Positions 1 to 13,235 are shown, counted from the first letter of the stretch. The stretch is DNA of 64,000 nt from Verrucomicrobiaceae bacterium (GCA_027483175.1 JAIXVE010000316.1:1179-65178), one strand, 5' to 3'. Made by a program: numbers and translations. The notes: generated by a model from the letters alone, not told the origin.

Positions 1-1
1 C

Positions 2-178
2 ACCGACCGCCTCGGCGGCGAAATCGCCGACCGCGGCGTCCACTTCGGCGAGGTCTTCGCCACACTCTATCACCAGCTCGGCATCAACCCCAATCAGGTC
101 ACCGTTCCCGACCTCACCGGCCGCCCCCACTACCTCGTCGACGGCTGGCTCCCCATGCCGGAACTCATCTCCGCCTGA
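2..178 (+). CDS. 3' end of a DUF1501-family (sulfatase-like) protein gene; 5' part lies outside the window
   Basis: Frame 2 is open from the window edge to TGA at 176-178. It reads TDRLGGEIADRGVHFGEVFATLYHQLGINPNQVTVPDLTGRPHYLVDGWLPMPELISA, which resembles the conserved C-terminus of DUF1501 proteins. It is absent from the ORF track because it has no in-window start. Confidence 0.55.
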   Translation, partial: TDRLGGEIADRGVHFGEVFATLYHQLGINPNQVTVPDLTGRPHYLVDGWLPMPELISA

Positions 179-206
179 CATTTCCCACTCACCGCACCGG
201 CTCCAC

Positions 207-1556
207 TCAGATCAATCCGTCGATCGTCCCGGTGCTGTCCGCAAACTGCCCGGTCTCCACGCCCATCTTCTGCGCAATCCCCAGCAGCACATTCGCCAAT
301 GGCGGATGCCGCTCCGGATCATGCGCCAGATGCTGCCCGTGCTTCAACCCCCACGCACCGCCCCCCGCCACTAGCAACGGTAGATTCTTCGGCGAATGCT
401 CTCCGCTCGGCCCGCTGTTCATACCCGACCCGTACACCACCATCGTGTGATCCAGCATCGGCCGCCCGCCCTCATCCATCCCCCGCAGCATCCCCAGAAA
501 CCGCGACAATCGCTCCAGATATCCCCGATCCACTCCCGCCAGCCGCTTCAGCATCCCCGGGTCCCCACCATGGTGCGACAACTCATGGTGATTCTCCCCG
601 CCCACCCCGTACCCCCCGGCCTCCCGCGCCCACTCAAACGTAATCACCCGCGTCGCATCCGTCGCAAACGCCAGCAGGCTGATCTCCAGCATCACATCAA
701 GCCACATCGGCCGGTCATGCGCATCCCCCGGCTGACTGTTCAACTGCAACCCCGCCGCCTCCACCTTCGGCTTCGGCACATCAATCCACTCTCCCTGCCG
801 CACCACCCGCCGCTCGGTCTCCCTCACCGATTCCAGATACTCCCCCAGCTTCCCCCGATCCTCCGTTCCCAGCACCTTGCCTAACGCCTTCGCTTCACCC
901 TGCACCGCATCCAGAATGCTCCGCTTCTCCGCCTGCCGCCGCAGGGTCGCCTCCCGCGATTCCGCATCGTCCGGCACAAACAACCGCTCGAACAACCGCT
1001 GCGGGCTGTTCTCCGCAGGCAGCGGCGTCCCGTTCCGATCAAATGCAAGGGTGTGACTGTGCAGCGCCGCACCAGTCCCCGACAGATCACCGATCTCCAG
1101 CGACGGAAACCTCGTCCTCGCCCCGATCCGCTCCGCGATCACCTGATCCACCGACACCGTATTCGTATAATCCTTCCCCGGCACCGCCCGCAGATCCGCT
1201 CCCGTCAGCCACGTGTCCCCACCACTGTGCCCGCCCGTGCACCGCGGATGCCCCAACCCACTCAGCAGACTGAAATGCTCCCGGTGCTCCGCCAGCACCT
1301 CCAGCGTCGGCGACAACCCGTATCCCTTGCCCTTCCCCTCCGGCAGCCACTCCAGAATATTCACCCCGTTAGGAACATAACAGAAAATCACCCTCGGCGT
1401 CGGCGCCGCCCCGGACTTCACCGGCGGCCTCCACGTCGACGGCGCAGCATGCACCGCCCGCGGCAGCATCGCCTCCAGAAACGGCAGCGGCAGCGAAACC
1501 CCAAGGCCGCGCAGCACCGCACGACGGGACATCGGATTTCTCAATAATGGGATCAT
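207..1556 (-). CDS. DUF1552 domain-containing exported protein
   Basis: 449-aa ORF. The Tat-like N-terminus MSRRAVLRGLGVSLPLPFLEAM is typical of DUF1552. ATGA overlap (1553-1556) with the upstream DUF1592-type gene is the canonical pairing. Alternative ATG at 1532. Confidence 0.85.
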   Translation of the reverse strand: MIPLLRNPMSRRAVLRGLGVSLPLPFLEAMLPRAVHAAPSTWRPPVKSGAAPTPRVIFCYVPNGVNILEWLPEGKGKGYGLSPTLEVLAEHREHFSLLSGLGHPRCTGGHSGGDTWLTGADLRAVPGKDYTNTVSVDQVIAERIGARTRFPSLEIGDLSGTGAALHSHTLAFDRNGTPLPAENSPQRLFERLFVPDDAESREATLRRQAEKRSILDAVQGEAKALGKVLGTEDRGKLGEYLESVRETERRVVRQGEWIDVPKPKVEAAGLQLNSQPGDAHDRPMWLDVMLEISLLAFATDATRVITFEWAREAGGYGVGGENHHELSHHGGDPGMLKRLAGVDRGYLERLSRFLGMLRGMDEGGRPMLDHTMVVYGSGMNSGPSGEHSPKNLPLLVAGGGAWGLKHGQHLAHDPERHPPLANVLLGIAQKMGVETGQFADSTGTIDGLI

Positions 1557-4135
1557 CGGGTCATGAACGCGTCAGAGGTGACTATTGCCGTAATCAGCGA
1601 CTTCAGGGTCGACCCCTCACGCCGCATCGTTTCCACAAATCCCCGGATCGCCGCCCGGTCCGCAAACCCCGTCTCCCGGCCCAGCGCATACGTCGTCAGT
1701 TGCGTCGCCAGCGCCTCCATGAACTGCCCGTCCCGCTTAAGCAGTTGCTCCTGCAATCCCTCCACCCCCGCAAACTCCGTCCCGTCAGGCATCTTCGCCG
1801 TCACATCAATCACCGGATCATCCCGCTCAATCCGCCCGTTGTACCCATGCCCCTCACGATCCCGCCACTCCCCCGCCGCATTGAAATTCTCCAGCGCCAG
1901 CCCTAGCGGATCAATCCGGTCGTGGCAGCGCGCACACGAAGCCGCCTCCCGGTGCACCGCCAGCCGCTGCCGCACCGTCGCCTTGTCAATCCCCGGCACC
2001 TTCGGCTGAATCTCCCCCACATTCGCCACCGGCAATCCCGGATCGCTCCCCAGCAGGGTCCGCATCACCCACACCCCGCGCACCACCGGCGATGTCCTCG
2101 TCCCATTCGACGTGATGCAGTGCACCGCCGCCTGCGTCACTAACCCTCCACGCCGCACGCCCTCCGGCACCTCCACCCGCCGGATCGCATCCCCCTTCAC
2201 CCCATCAATCCCGTAATGCCGCGCCAGCCGCTCGTTGATCGTCACAAACTCACTCCGGATAAACCGCCGCACATCATGCCCGCCTCGCAGCACCTCCGCA
2301 AAAAATCCCTCCGCCTCCCTCACCATCGACACCTCAAGATGCCGGTCATACTCAGGATACAGCGTCGCCGACGGCGGATTTGCACCCACCTTCCGCAACC
2401 CTAACCACTGCCCCGCAAAGTTCTCCACCAGCGCCCCGCTCCGCTCATCCGCCAGCATCCGACCCACCTGCTTCCGCAACTCCTCCGGCTCTCCCAGCTT
2501 CCCCGCCCCCGCCAGCCGCGTCAGCTCATCATCAGGCATCGACGACCACAGAAAATACGACAGCCGCGCCGCCAGTTCATAACCATTCAACCGCCGCAAT
2601 CCGCCATCCTCCCCCGCCGGCTCCACCAGATACAGAAAATGCGGCGACGTCAGCACCGCCGTAAGCGGCACTTTGATCGCCTCCACAAACGATCCCTTCT
2701 CCGGGCGGCTCGCCGCAAAAATCCCCGCCATCCGCTCCACTTCCTCCTCCCCCACCGGCCTCCGGTACGCCCTCGCCATAAACCGCCGCAGCACTTCCTT
2801 CGCCTCCTCACCCTCATCCTTCCCTTCCCGCGGCGCCCCACCTAACACCTTCCCCGCCGTCTCCGGCGGCCAGCTCCCAACCACCGGCCCCTCGATCTCT
2901 ATCCAGTCAATCAGCAGCTCCGGCCGCGCAAACTCATCCCGTCCCTGCATCCAGAAATTCTCCAGCAGCTTCGGAATGGCATACGCATACTCCAGCTCCA
3001 CCCCCGCATTCACCGGCGTAAACCACGCCCGCACCTCATACTCCCGCGGCTCGCCCTCCGGCGCATCCACATCCATCTCGCTCACCACCAGCGGCGTCCC
3101 GCCCAGATGCTGCACCAGCTTCATCCGCGGCGGCCCGTACCCGTAACTCCGATCCTCCCGGAAATGCGCCAGATCCCGCTCGTACTGCTCCTCATGCCGC
3201 TTCCGACCCGCCGGATCCTTCGCCGTCTCCTCATCGCGCCGCTTCGCTAGGATCTTCGCCGCCGACGCCACCACCGCCTTCCTTCCCGGCACCCGCCCCG
3301 CCGCCCTAACCCGGATCACATACTCCCCCGCACTCGGCACCGTGAAATCCCGGAACCCCACATGCCGGTCCCACGACTCATGATGCACCACCGTAAACCC
3401 CTTCTCCGTCCGGTTCTCCCCGTCATTCAGCAGAATCCGCTGCCCATCCCGCTCCACCCGATACCGGTCCGCTCCCTCACGATTTTCCTCCGGCTCAAAC
3501 CGCCACCGCATCACCTTCGGTCGCTCCCCTCCCGGCATCGCCCGCTCCAGAATCTCCCGCGCCGCCCCATAATACAACTCCACCTGCATCGGAGACATCG
3601 TTAGCGCCGCCCCGATGTTGTCAAAGCCCCCCGCCGGTGGATCCTCCGGAAACTTGTCCGCAGGCCGGAAATCAACCCCTAGCAGATCCCGGATCGTCCG
3701 GTTGTACTCGGACCGGTTCAACCGCCGCAGCACCACCCGCCCCGACCGCCGCGCCACTTCCGCCGCCGCCAGCTTCTCCTCCAGCCATCCCGCCATCCGC
3801 CCCGCCACTTCAGCACTCGGCTGCGGCTCATCCTCCGGCGGCATCTCATGCCCGCCAATCGCATTCACCACTTCCTTCCACACCGCCGCCACCGCCGGAT
3901 CATCAAACCGATCCGTTAGCGTATCAAGGCGCAGCTTCCCCTTCTGCGCATCCGCCCCGTGACAACTCACACAATACTCCCGCAGCACCGGCTGCACCAA
4001 CTCCCCGAACCCGTCCTCCCCCACCACCGGCCCCGCCACCCACACCGCCAGCAATCCTGACAATACCCGCACTCCCCAGCCCACGCGGCCTCTCATCCCG
4101 CTCCTCCGGTCATCCCGTTGTCTGCTGGCAATCAT
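1553..4135 (-). CDS. DUF1592/DUF1588/DUF1585-family protein with N-terminal cytochrome-c-like CxxCH motif (PSD-type)
   Basis: 860-aa ORF. It has the motifs [46 protein letters not shown] and [19 protein letters not shown] signal-like hydrophobic segment follows M14, which is a possible alternative start. Confidence 0.85.
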   Translation of the reverse strand: MIASRQRDDRRSGMRGRVGWGVRVLSGLLAVWVAGPVVGEDGFGELVQPVLREYCVSCHGADAQKGKLRLDTLTDRFDDPAVAAVWKEVVNAIGGHEMPPEDEPQPSAEVAGRMAGWLEEKLAAAEVARRSGRVVLRRLNRSEYNRTIRDLLGVDFRPADKFPEDPPAGGFDNIGAALTMSPMQVELYYGAAREILERAMPGGERPKVMRWRFEPEENREGADRYRVERDGQRILLNDGENRTEKGFTVVHHESWDRHVGFRDFTVPSAGEYVIRVRAAGRVPGRKAVVASAAKILAKRRDEETAKDPAGRKRHEEQYERDLAHFREDRSYGYGPPRMKLVQHLGGTPLVVSEMDVDAPEGEPREYEVRAWFTPVNAGVELEYAYAIPKLLENFWMQGRDEFARPELLIDWIEIEGPVVGSWPPETAGKVLGGAPREGKDEGEEAKEVLRRFMARAYRRPVGEEEVERMAGIFAASRPEKGSFVEAIKVPLTAVLTSPHFLYLVEPAGEDGGLRRLNGYELAARLSYFLWSSMPDDELTRLAGAGKLGEPEELRKQVGRMLADERSGALVENFAGQWLGLRKVGANPPSATLYPEYDRHLEVSMVREAEGFFAEVLRGGHDVRRFIRSEFVTINERLARHYGIDGVKGDAIRRVEVPEGVRRGGLVTQAAVHCITSNGTRTSPVVRGVWVMRTLLGSDPGLPVANVGEIQPKVPGIDKATVRQRLAVHREAASCARCHDRIDPLGLALENFNAAGEWRDREGHGYNGRIERDDPVIDVTAKMPDGTEFAGVEGLQEQLLKRDGQFMEALATQLTTYALGRETGFADRAAIRGFVETMRREGSTLKSLITAIVTSDAFMTR

Positions 4136-4279
4136 CCCACCCCGTTACCGCCTCCACGCCCTCCCCGCAAAGCCAATTCCACCTCCCCCGCCGAAACAAA
4201 AACACCCTCCGCAGCGCCAATCGCCGCAGAGGGTGAAATTTGTCAGTCAACGCCCGGCCTTCGCCGCGCCGCCTCCACC

Positions 4280-5758
4280 TCAGGGCAGGTCCGACCGCCC
4301 CATCAGGTACGTGTCGCACGCCTTCGCCGCCCCGCGCCCTTCATTGAACGCCCACACCACAAGGCTCTGCCCGCGACGGCAATCCCCCGCCGCAAACACA
4401 CCCGGCAGGCTCGTCTCATACCGCCCATGCTCAGCCTTCACATTGCTCCGCCCATCCCGCTCCACCCCCAGCGCATCCAGCAGCGGCTGCTCAGGCCCAA
4501 GGAAACCCATCGCCAGCAGCACCAGTTGCGCCGGCAGCACCCGCTCGGTCCCAGCCACCGGCTGCGGCCCGAACTGACCCTGCTCGTTCTTCCGCCACTC
4601 CACATCCACCACATGCACCGCCTTCACATTCCCCTCGCCGTCATCCTCAAAATGCGTCGCCGTCGTCAGGTAAACCCGAGGATCATCCCCGAACTTCGCC
4701 GCCGCTTCCTCCTGCCCGTAATCCATCTTGTACACCTTCGGCCACTCCGGCCACGGATTGTTCGCCGCCCGCTCCATCGGCGGCTTCGCCATGATCTCCA
4801 GCTGCGTCACCGTCGCGCAACCATGCCGCACCGACGTGCCCACACAGTCCGTCCCAGTGTCACCACCACCAATGATCACCACGTCCTTGCCTTCCGCAGA
4901 AATGAATTCCTTCCCGCCATCCAGCACCGCACGCGTGTTCGCCGTCAGGAAATCCATCGCAAAATGAATCCCCTTCAAACCACGACCCGCAATCGGCAGA
5001 TCCCGCGGCTTCGTCGCCCCAGTGCAGATCACCACCGCATCAAAATCCGCCTTCAATTGCTCCGCACTCACATCCGTCCCCACCGTCACCCCGCACCGGA
5101 ACTCCACCCCCTCAGCCTCCAGCAGCGCAATCCGCCGCAGCACCACTTCCTTCTTGTCCAGCTTCATGTTAGGAATGCCGTACATTAGCAGTCCGCCCGG
5201 CCGGTCCGCACGCTCAAACACCGTCACCAGATGCCCGGCTTTGTTCAACTGCGCCGCCGCCGTCAATCCCGCTGGGCCCGAACCAATCACCGCCACCTTC
5301 TTCCCCGTCCGGCTCACCGGCGGCTCCGGCTGCACCCAGCCCTCGTCCCATCCCTTGTCGATAATCGACACCTCGATGTTCTTGATCGTCACCGGCGGAT
5401 TGTTCATCCCCAGCACACACGACCCCTCACACGGCGCAGGACACACCCGCCCTGTAAACTCAGGGAAATTGTTCGTCTTGTGCAGCCGCTCCAGTGCTTC
5501 CTTCCACAACCCGCGGAACACCAGATCATTCCACTCCGGGATCAGATTGTTGATCGGACACCCGCTCGCCATCCCGCTGATCAGATTCCCCGTGTGGCAG
5601 AACGGCACGCCGCAGTCCATGCAGCGCGCCCCCTGCGTCCGCAGCTTCTCGTCAGGCAGATGCAGATGGAATTCCTTCCAGTCCTTGATCCGCTCCATTG
5701 GCTGCCGGTCCGCGGGGATTTCGCGGAGATACTCGATGAATCCTGTCGGTTTTCCCAT
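4280..5758 (-). CDS. gltD: glutamate synthase (NADPH) small subunit
   Basis: 492 aa. Fe-S cysteine clusters ([19 protein letters not shown]) and the dinucleotide fold [11 protein letters not shown]. Located directly downstream of gltB. Confidence 0.95.
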   Translation of the reverse strand: MGKPTGFIEYLREIPADRQPMERIKDWKEFHLHLPDEKLRTQGARCMDCGVPFCHTGNLISGMASGCPINNLIPEWNDLVFRGLWKEALERLHKTNNFPEFTGRVCPAPCEGSCVLGMNNPPVTIKNIEVSIIDKGWDEGWVQPEPPVSRTGKKVAVIGSGPAGLTAAAQLNKAGHLVTVFERADRPGGLLMYGIPNMKLDKKEVVLRRIALLEAEGVEFRCGVTVGTDVSAEQLKADFDAVVICTGATKPRDLPIAGRGLKGIHFAMDFLTANTRAVLDGGKEFISAEGKDVVIIGGGDTGTDCVGTSVRHGCATVTQLEIMAKPPMERAANNPWPEWPKVYKMDYGQEEAAAKFGDDPRVYLTTATHFEDDGEGNVKAVHVVDVEWRKNEQGQFGPQPVAGTERVLPAQLVLLAMGFLGPEQPLLDALGVERDGRSNVKAEHGRYETSLPGVFAAGDCRRGQSLVVWAFNEGRGAAKACDTYLMGRSDLP

Positions 5759-5835
5759 GTCAGTCTTTGCTTGGAATTTTTAGTGTGTTAGGCAGGCCCG
5801 GCTCACCGCCGGAACCTTGCGCCCATCTTCTCCGC

Positions 5836-8800
5836 TCAGCCCCCGCCAATCCGGGCCACGTCGCGCGCATTCGCTTCAAACGCCGCATTCAGCGCCTCGT
5901 CTCCCGTCAACCCGTCCTGCTCCGCCTTCCGCAGCGCCTGCAGCACCCGCTTGTAGTCCTTCGGCATCACCTTCACGAACTTCGGCAACATCTCATCCCA
6001 CAGCGCCAGCACCTTGAACGCCTTCTGGCTCTTCGTGCAGTCCGCATGCTTCTTGATCAGCGCATAAAGCTCGTCCGCTTCCGCCTTATCCTCCACCTTC
6101 TCCAGACCCACCATCTGCTGGTTGCAGCGCGTCGCAAAATCCCCGGCTTCATCAAGGATATACGCCACCCCGCCACTCATCCCGGCCGCAAAGTTCCGCC
6201 CCGTCACCCCCAGCACCACCACCCGGCCGCCCGTCATGTACTCGCAGCCGTGGTCACCCACACCTTCCACCACCGCATCCACCCCGGAATTCCGCACCGC
6301 AAAGCGCTCGCCAGCCATCCCGCGCAGGAACAATTCACCACTCGTCGCCCCATACAGCGCCGTGTTCCCAGCGATGATGTTCTCCTCCGCCGCAAACGTC
6401 GACCCAGCCGGCGGATACACAATGATCCGCCCGCCACTCAACCCCTTGCCCACATAATCGTTGGCATCCCCCTCAATCTCCAGCGTCACACCCTTCGGCA
6501 CAAATGCCCCGAAGCTCTGCCCCGCCGTTCCCAGGAACTTCAGATGCACCGTGTCATCCGGCAATCCATACCAGTGACGCTTCGTGATCTCATTCCCCAG
6601 AATCGTCCCCACCACCCGGTTCACATTCCGGATCGGCAGCGTCGCCGTCACCTTCTCCCCACGCTCAATCGCCGGCGCACACAGATCCAGCAGCTTCGTC
6701 ACGTCCATCGATTTCGCGATCCCGTGATCCTGCGCTTCACTGCAGTAACGACCCACTTCAGGCCCCGTCACCGGTTGGTGCAGCAGTCGGCTCAGATCAA
6801 TCCCCTGGGTCTTCCAGTGATCAATCGCCTTGTCAGCTTCCAGCACCTCCGTCCGCCCCACCATCTCCTCAATCGTCCGGAATCCTAGCTGCGCCATCAG
6901 CTCGCGTACTTCCTCAGCAATGAACTTCATGAAGTTCACCGTGTGCTGCGGATCGCCCGTGAACTTCGCACGCAACTCGGGATTCTGCGTAGCCACTCCC
7001 ACCGGACACGTGTTCAAATGACACACGCGCATCATGATGCATCCCAGCGTCACCAGCGGAGCCGTCGCAAACCCGAACTCTTCCGCCCCTAGCAACGCCG
7101 CAATCACCACATCCCGCCCGGTCTTCATCTGACCGTCCGCTTCCACCGCAATGCGGCTCCGCAGGTTGTTCAGCAGCAGGGTCTGATGCGTCTCCGCCAA
7201 CCCTAGCTCCCACGGCAGCCCCGCATGCTTGATCGACGTCTGCGGAGAAGCCCCCGTTCCGCCGTCAAACCCGGAAATCAGCACCACGTCCGCATGCGCC
7301 TTCGCCACCCCGGCCGCAATCGTCCCCACCCCAACCTCGGACACTAGCTTCACACTCACGCGCGCCGCTCGGTTCGCATTCTTCAGATCGTGAATCAGCT
7401 CAGCCAGATCCTCGATCGAATAAATATCATGGTGCGGCGGCGGCGAAATCAATCCCACCCCAGGCGTCGAATGCCTCACCTTCGCAATCCACGGATACAC
7501 CTTCGCTCCAGGCAGCTGCCCACCCTCTCCAGGCTTCGCACCCTGCGCCATCTTGATCTGAATCTCCTTCGCCTGCGTCAGATAAAGGCTCGTCACCCCG
7601 AAACGCCCCGACGCCACCTGCTTGATCGCACTGTTCTTCGAATCCCCGCGCTCGTTCGTCCACGTGTAACGCTCAGGATCCTCACCACCCTCACCAGTAT
7701 TCGACTTCCCGCCAATCCGGTTCATCGCAATCGCCAGCGCTTCATGCGCCTCGCTCGAAATCGACCCGTAACTCATCGCCCCAGTCTTGAAGCGCTTCAT
7801 GATCGACTCCGCCGACTCCACTTCCTCCAGCGGCACCGCCACCGTCGGCTTGAACGCCAGCAACCCGCGCAGCGTGAACTGCTGCCGCGTCTGGTTATTC
7901 ACTCCCTCGGAATACACCTTGAACGCCTCGAAACTCCCCGTCCGCACCGCACGCTGCAACGCGTGAATCGTCTGCGGACTGAACAAGTGCGCCTCACCCT
8001 CACGCCGCCACTGATACTCACCACCAGTGTCCAGCGCCGGACCAGCCACCTCGCGCTCCGGAAAGGCCCGACGATGCCGCACCAGCGCTTCCTCAGCAAT
8101 CACCCCGAGATCCGCTCCCTCAATCCGCGTCGCCGTCCAAGTGAAATACTTGTCCACCAGCGCCTGACTCAACCCCACGGCCTCGAAAATCTGCGCGCCG
8201 CGATAACTCTGCATCGTGCTGATCCCGATCTTCGACGCCACCTTGATCACCCCCTTCGTCGCCGCCTTGATGTAGTTCTTGCACGCCGTCTTGTGATCCA
8301 CGTTCACTAGCAATCCCTGCCGGATCATGTCGTCGAGCGTCTCGAACGCCAGATACGGATTGATCGCCCCGCAACCATAACCAATCAGCGTGCACAGGTG
8401 ATGCACCTCGCGCGGCTCACCGGACTCCAGCACGATGTCCATCTGCGTCCGCGTTCCTTTCCGGATCAGATGGTGATGCAATCCCGACACCGCCAGCAAT
8501 GCCGGAATCGCCGCATGCTCGCGGTCCACGCCACGGTCCGAAAGAATCAGAATGTTCTTCCCAGCCGCCACCAGCGCATCCGCCGCCGCACACAATTCAT
8601 CCATCGCCTTCTCCAATCCGCCCGCACCCAGCGCAGGATCAAACAGGATCGGCAGCGTCGCCGACTGGAACCGCCCCTGCGCCACACTCTTCAGCTTCGC
8701 CAGCTCCTCATTGCTCAGCACCGGCGTCTTCAACTCAATCAAATGACAGCTCTCTGGCTCGGGCTTCAACAGGTTGCCTTCCGCCCCAATCGTCGTCACC

Positions 8801-10419
8801 GAAGACGTCACAATCTCCTCACGAATACAGTCAATCGGCGGATTCGTCACCTGCGCAAACAACTGCTGGAAGTAATCATAGAGCAGCTTCGACCGCGCCG
8901 ACAGAATCGCCAGCGGCGTGTCCGTCCCCATCGATCCAATCGCTTCCACCCCGTCCCGCGCCATCGGCACCAGCAGCATCCGCAGATCCTCAAACGAATA
9001 ACCAAACGCCTGCTGCCGCTGCAGCACGGTCTCATGGTCCGGCACCGCCACCGTACCATCCGCAATGTCCGCAATCTTCACCAGATGCTTGTCCAGATAC
9101 TCACGATAGGGCTTCGCCCCCGCAATCCGCTCCTTGATCTCGTCGTCAGGCACAATCCGCCCCTCCTCCATGTTCACAATGAACATCTTCCCGGGCTGCA
9201 GCCGTCCCTTGATCACCACATCCTCCGGAGCCACCGGCAACACCCCGGCCTCCGACCCCATGATCACCAGATCATCCTTCGTCACATAATAACGCGACGG
9301 CCTCAACCCGTTCCGGTCCAGCGTCGCCCCAATCATCGTCCCATCCGTGAACGCCACCGACGCAGGCCCGTCCCACGGCTCCATGATGCACGAGTGATAC
9401 TCGTAAAACGCCTTCTTCGCCTCGCTCATCGACTCATGCCCGGACCACGGCTCCGGAATCATCATCATCATCGCATGCGGAAGCGACCGCCCGGACAATG
9501 TCAGCAACTCCAGCGTGTTGTCGAAAATCGTCGAGTCCGACCCGTCCACGTTGATCACCGGCTTGATCTTGTGAATGTCCTCACCAAACAACTCCGACGC
9601 CAGCAGCGACTGCCGCGCAATCATCCAGTTGATGTTCCCGCGCAGGGTGTTGATCTCCCCGTTGTGCGCAATGTACCGGTACGGATGCGACCGCTCCCAG
9701 CTCGGGAACGTGTTCGTCGAAAACCGCGAATGCACCAGCGCCAGCGCACTGCTCATCGCAGGATCCCGCAAATCCCGGAAATAAAACCCAACCTGCTCCG
9801 GCGTCAGCATCCCTTTGTAAACCAGCGTCCGGCACGACATGCTCGGCGCATACCAGAACGTGTCGATCTTCGGCACCCGAATCGCATTGTGCGCCACTTT
9901 CCGGATCACATACAGCTTCCGCTCAAACGCCGCATCTTCCTTCAAAGCCGCATTCCGGCTGATGAAAACCTGCAGCACAAACGGCTCGCTCGCCCGCGCC
10001 GACTTCCCAAGCGTCGAATTGTCCGTCGGCACATCGCGCCACCCAATCACCGGACAGCCCTCCGCCACACACACTTCCTCAAACTTCGCCTTCGCCTTCG
10101 CCCGCGCCGCCGCATCCGGCGACGAAAACAAATTCGCCACCCCATACTGCCCAGCCTCCGGCAGAACAAATCCAGCCTCCGCCGCCGCTTTCACCAGAAA
10201 CGCATGCGGCACCTGAATCAGGATCCCCGCTCCATCCCCAGTCCCTTCCTCCACACACGCCCCACGGTGATCCAGATTCTCCAGAATCGTCAGCGCGTTC
10301 GCCACAATGTCGTGCGATTTTCGCCCCTTCATGTGAACGACAAATCCGACGCCGCAGGCGTCATGCTCAAACCTCGGGTCGTAAAGACCTTGCTTCTCGG
10401 GGAATCCTGGGTTGTTCAT
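5836..10419 (-). CDS. gltB: glutamate synthase large subunit
   Basis: 1527 aa, full length. It has an Ntn amidotransferase N-terminus (CGVGFV), a central FMN/3Fe-4S domain and a C-terminal GXGXG beta-helix domain ([10 protein letters not shown]...[14 protein letters not shown]). Confidence 0.97.
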   Translation of the reverse strand: MNNPGFPEKQGLYDPRFEHDACGVGFVVHMKGRKSHDIVANALTILENLDHRGACVEEGTGDGAGILIQVPHAFLVKAAAEAGFVLPEAGQYGVANLFSSPDAAARAKAKAKFEEVCVAEGCPVIGWRDVPTDNSTLGKSARASEPFVLQVFISRNAALKEDAAFERKLYVIRKVAHNAIRVPKIDTFWYAPSMSCRTLVYKGMLTPEQVGFYFRDLRDPAMSSALALVHSRFSTNTFPSWERSHPYRYIAHNGEINTLRGNINWMIARQSLLASELFGEDIHKIKPVINVDGSDSTIFDNTLELLTLSGRSLPHAMMMMIPEPWSGHESMSEAKKAFYEYHSCIMEPWDGPASVAFTDGTMIGATLDRNGLRPSRYYVTKDDLVIMGSEAGVLPVAPEDVVIKGRLQPGKMFIVNMEEGRIVPDDEIKERIAGAKPYREYLDKHLVKIADIADGTVAVPDHETVLQRQQAFGYSFEDLRMLLVPMARDGVEAIGSMGTDTPLAILSARSKLLYDYFQQLFAQVTNPPIDCIREEIVTSSVTTIGAEGNLLKPEPESCHLIELKTPVLSNEELAKLKSVAQGRFQSATLPILFDPALGAGGLEKAMDELCAAADALVAAGKNILILSDRGVDREHAAIPALLAVSGLHHHLIRKGTRTQMDIVLESGEPREVHHLCTLIGYGCGAINPYLAFETLDDMIRQGLLVNVDHKTACKNYIKAATKGVIKVASKIGISTMQSYRGAQIFEAVGLSQALVDKYFTWTATRIEGADLGVIAEEALVRHRRAFPEREVAGPALDTGGEYQWRREGEAHLFSPQTIHALQRAVRTGSFEAFKVYSEGVNNQTRQQFTLRGLLAFKPTVAVPLEEVESAESIMKRFKTGAMSYGSISSEAHEALAIAMNRIGGKSNTGEGGEDPERYTWTNERGDSKNSAIKQVASGRFGVTSLYLTQAKEIQIKMAQGAKPGEGGQLPGAKVYPWIAKVRHSTPGVGLISPPPHHDIYSIEDLAELIHDLKNANRAARVSVKLVSEVGVGTIAAGVAKAHADVVLISGFDGGTGASPQTSIKHAGLPWELGLAETHQTLLLNNLRSRIAVEADGQMKTGRDVVIAALLGAEEFGFATAPLVTLGCIMMRVCHLNTCPVGVATQNPELRAKFTGDPQHTVNFMKFIAEEVRELMAQLGFRTIEEMVGRTEVLEADKAIDHWKTQGIDLSRLLHQPVTGPEVGRYCSEAQDHGIAKSMDVTKLLDLCAPAIERGEKVTATLPIRNVNRVVGTILGNEITKRHWYGLPDDTVHLKFLGTAGQSFGAFVPKGVTLEIEGDANDYVGKGLSGGRIIVYPPAGSTFAAEENIIAGNTALYGATSGELFLRGMAGERFAVRNSGVDAVVEGVGDHGCEYMTGGRVVVLGVTGRNFAAGMSGGVAYILDEAGDFATRCNQQMVGLEKVEDKAEADELYALIKKHADCTKSQKAFKVLALWDEMLPKFVKVMPKDYKRVLQALRKAEQDGLTGDEALNAAFEANARDVARIGGG

Positions 10420-10610
10420 TGAGATGGGGTCGCGATCTATATAAGCGCCCTGAACCTCTTCCTCGCGGCTGGAAGGGGGGTTCTACGGGGGCGGGCAGTA
10501 AAGCGGTCTTGTCCGCAGGGTCAAGGCGGCTTTGTACCATTTCTAAGCAGGCTCGGGGCCAGGCACCCCCATGAATTTTTCATCAGAGCCCGCCCAACCC
10601 TCCCCGCCGC

Positions 10611-11651
10611 TCAATGGCTCCGCCGCCCGCGCCCATTCTCCCCGCCCGCCTTCGCCCCCTTCAGCTCCGCAAAAATCAGCCGCCCCGCGCTCGTCTGCAG
10701 CGCCGACCCCACCACCACCGGCACCGTGCTCCCAATCCACTCCCGCGCGTGATTCACCACAATCATCGTCCCGTCCGCAAGATACCCCACCGCCTGATGC
10801 TCGTCCCGTCCCTCCTTCACCAGCGCCAGCTCCACCTCGTCCCCCGCATTCACCGTCAACCGCATCGCCAGCGCCAGTTGATTCAGATTCAACACCGGCA
10901 CCCCCTGCAGCTGCGCCACCCGCCCCAGATTCCCATCGTTCGTCAGCAACCGCGCATCCAGCGCCTTCGCCAGCTGCACCAGCTTCGTGTCCACCATCCG
11001 CTCCTGCGGCTGCTCATCATCGTGCACCGACACCTCCAGCCCCTTCGTCCGCTGCAGTTCCTCCAGACACCCCAATCCCCGCCGCCCTCGCTCCCGCTTC
11101 ACCACATCCGGCAGATCCGCCAGCAAATGCAGCTCATTGATCACAAACCGCGGCACAATCAGCGTCCCATCCAGAAACCCAGTCGCACAAATCCCCGGCA
11201 GCCTCCCGTCAATCAGGATGTTCGTGTCCACCAGCAGCGGCTGTCTCATGATCCCTTCGTTCCGGAACCGCACGTACGGAATGATCAGCGAAAACTCCTG
11301 CCGGTTGCTCCGCAACGCCAGGGCCGTCCCCATATACCCCAACCCAAGATACACCGCCAACTGAAGCACCCCGCCCTTCCCCTCCGCATTCTGCGTCCAC
11401 GGAATGTTGTTCACCAGCCACGCACAGAAAATCCCAATCATCAGCCCGAACGTCCCCGCCGAAAAACTCCGGATCGTCAGGTTCCTCAGCATCACATCCA
11501 CCCCAATCACCCCGCCCGCAAACAACGCCCCCATCACCGCACCAGCCCACGGCGAAAAACTCGTCGCCGCCTGCGCCGCCGACATCCCCAGCAGCACACA
11601 GCAAATCACAAAAACCACTCGGACCGTCTGCAGTAGGGCGCGGGATGGCAT
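10611..11651 (-). CDS. PIN/TRAM domain-containing membrane protein (YacL-like)
   Basis: N-terminal hydrophobic helices, a PIN core (LLVDTNILIDGRL ... TNDGNL) and a C-terminal TRAM-like beta domain. The track start at 11663 is TTG; the first ATG is at 11651. Confidence 0.8.
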   Translation of the reverse strand: MPSRALLQTVRVVFVICCVLLGMSAAQAATSFSPWAGAVMGALFAGGVIGVDVMLRNLTIRSFSAGTFGLMIGIFCAWLVNNIPWTQNAEGKGGVLQLAVYLGLGYMGTALALRSNRQEFSLIIPYVRFRNEGIMRQPLLVDTNILIDGRLPGICATGFLDGTLIVPRFVINELHLLADLPDVVKRERGRRGLGCLEELQRTKGLEVSVHDDEQPQERMVDTKLVQLAKALDARLLTNDGNLGRVAQLQGVPVLNLNQLALAMRLTVNAGDEVELALVKEGRDEHQAVGYLADGTMIVVNHAREWIGSTVPVVVGSALQTSAGRLIFAELKGAKAGGENGRGRRSH

Positions 11652-11733
11652 GGTATGGTTCAATCAATGTCACCAGACCACACCTCCCGCAACCCTCTCT
11701 CAGGCTCACGGTCAGGCGGGCTCAGCTCCCGAC

Positions 11734-13116
11734 TCAGATATGAATCGCGTGCCCGTACGCCACCCCCGTCGCCTCATGAATCGCCTCCGACAGCGTCGGA
11801 TGCGCGTGAATCGTCGCCTCGATCTCGTCCTTCGTCGCCTCCATCGAGATCGCCAATCCCATCTCCGCTATCATCTCGGTCGCTTCCTGACCAATGATGT
11901 GCGCCCCGATCACTTCCCCGTGCGGCTCGCCGAAGATCAGCTTCACAAACCCGTCACTCTCTCCCACCGCCAGCGCCTTGCCGCTCGCCTGGAACGGAAA
12001 CACACCCACACGGTACTTCAAGCCCTTCTCCTTCGCCACACGCTCCGTCACCCCCACACTAGCCACCTGCGGCTGGCAGTACGTGCACCCAGGGAACACA
12101 TCCACCTTCTTCGGCTTGTGCGCCGTGAACATCCCGTCCACCGCCTGAATCGCCTCGAAACTCGCCACGTGCGCCAGCCACGGCGGCCCGATGATGTCCC
12201 CCGCCGCATACACGTCCTTCAGGCTCGTCTGATAACGCGCATCCGTCACCAGATACCCGCGCTCGCTCAGCTTCGGCTGCTGACCTCCCGGCAGCACCGG
12301 CTTCACCCCGATCGCCACCAGACACACGTCCGCCTTCAGCACCTGCTTCACCCCATCCTTGCCCTCCACTTCAATCTCCACACCGCTCCCGGTGTGCTTC
12401 GTCCCCACCACCTTCGTCGACGTCAGGCACTCAATCCCCTGCTTCTTGAAGCTCTTCTCCAGCGCCACACTAACGTCCGTATCTTCCACCGGCAGAATGT
12501 TCGGCTGCATCTCCACCACCGTCACCTTCGTCCCGAACGCGTTGAAAAAATACGCAAACTCAATCCCGATCGCTCCAGCCCCGATCACAATCACTTCCTT
12601 CGGCTGCTTCTCCAGCACCATCGCATCCTTGCTCCCGATCACCACCTTGCCGTCAAACCCAAGCCCGGGCATCTCCCGCGTCGCACACCCCGTCGCAATC
12701 AGAATCTTCTCCCCCTCAATCACACTCTTCGCCCCGTCCTTCGCCGTCACCTCAACCTTCCCGCCACCCAGCAGCGCTCCATTCCCGCGGATGTAATCCA
12801 CTTTGTTCTTCTTGAACAGAAACTCAATCCCCCCAGCCAGCCGGTCACTCACCTTCCGGCTCCGTCCAATGATCTTGCTCCAGTCATACGCCAGATTGTC
12901 AAAACTGAACCCGAACTCCCCAGCCTTGTGCGTCAGCAGATGATACAACTCCGCATTCCGCAGCAGGCTCTTCGTCGGAATACAGCCCCAGTTGAGACAC
13001 GTCCCGCCAGCACGGTCCGCTTCAACACAGGCCACTTTCTTTCCAAGTTGCGTGGCGCGGATGGCGCCAACATAGCCCGCCGGGCCGCCGCCGATGACGA
13101 TGAGGTCGTATTTCAT
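11734..13116 (-). CDS. lpdA: dihydrolipoyl dehydrogenase
   Basis: 460 aa. Motifs: FAD fold VIGGGPAGY, redox disulfide GGTCLNWGCIPTK and C-terminal interface HAHPTLSE. Confidence 0.95.
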   Translation of the reverse strand: MKYDLIVIGGGPAGYVGAIRATQLGKKVACVEADRAGGTCLNWGCIPTKSLLRNAELYHLLTHKAGEFGFSFDNLAYDWSKIIGRSRKVSDRLAGGIEFLFKKNKVDYIRGNGALLGGGKVEVTAKDGAKSVIEGEKILIATGCATREMPGLGFDGKVVIGSKDAMVLEKQPKEVIVIGAGAIGIEFAYFFNAFGTKVTVVEMQPNILPVEDTDVSVALEKSFKKQGIECLTSTKVVGTKHTGSGVEIEVEGKDGVKQVLKADVCLVAIGVKPVLPGGQQPKLSERGYLVTDARYQTSLKDVYAAGDIIGPPWLAHVASFEAIQAVDGMFTAHKPKKVDVFPGCTYCQPQVASVGVTERVAKEKGLKYRVGVFPFQASGKALAVGESDGFVKLIFGEPHGEVIGAHIIGQEATEMIAEMGLAISMEATKDEIEATIHAHPTLSEAIHEATGVAYGHAIHI

Positions 13117-13235
13117 GTGATTTGTCAGTCAAGCCCAGACCCCTGCGGCCAAAGCTCACCTGTCTGATTCCATGACGGCACCGCCCGCGTTTGCAACCGG
13201 CGAAACGCCTCACCCACTCAACCCCACCGCCAACC

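Noticed and set aside
8398-10422. 674-aa + strand ORF antisense to gltB. Similar long shadow ORFs include 4118-5188, 5767-6888, 11404-13167, 25167-26336(-), 32460-33611(-), 42133-43503, 47830-49056(-) and 56092-56649.
   Set aside because: They overlap genes with unmistakable conserved products. Their translations are Arg/Pro/His/Gln-rich low-complexity strings typical of stop-codon-poor alternative frames in high-GC DNA.
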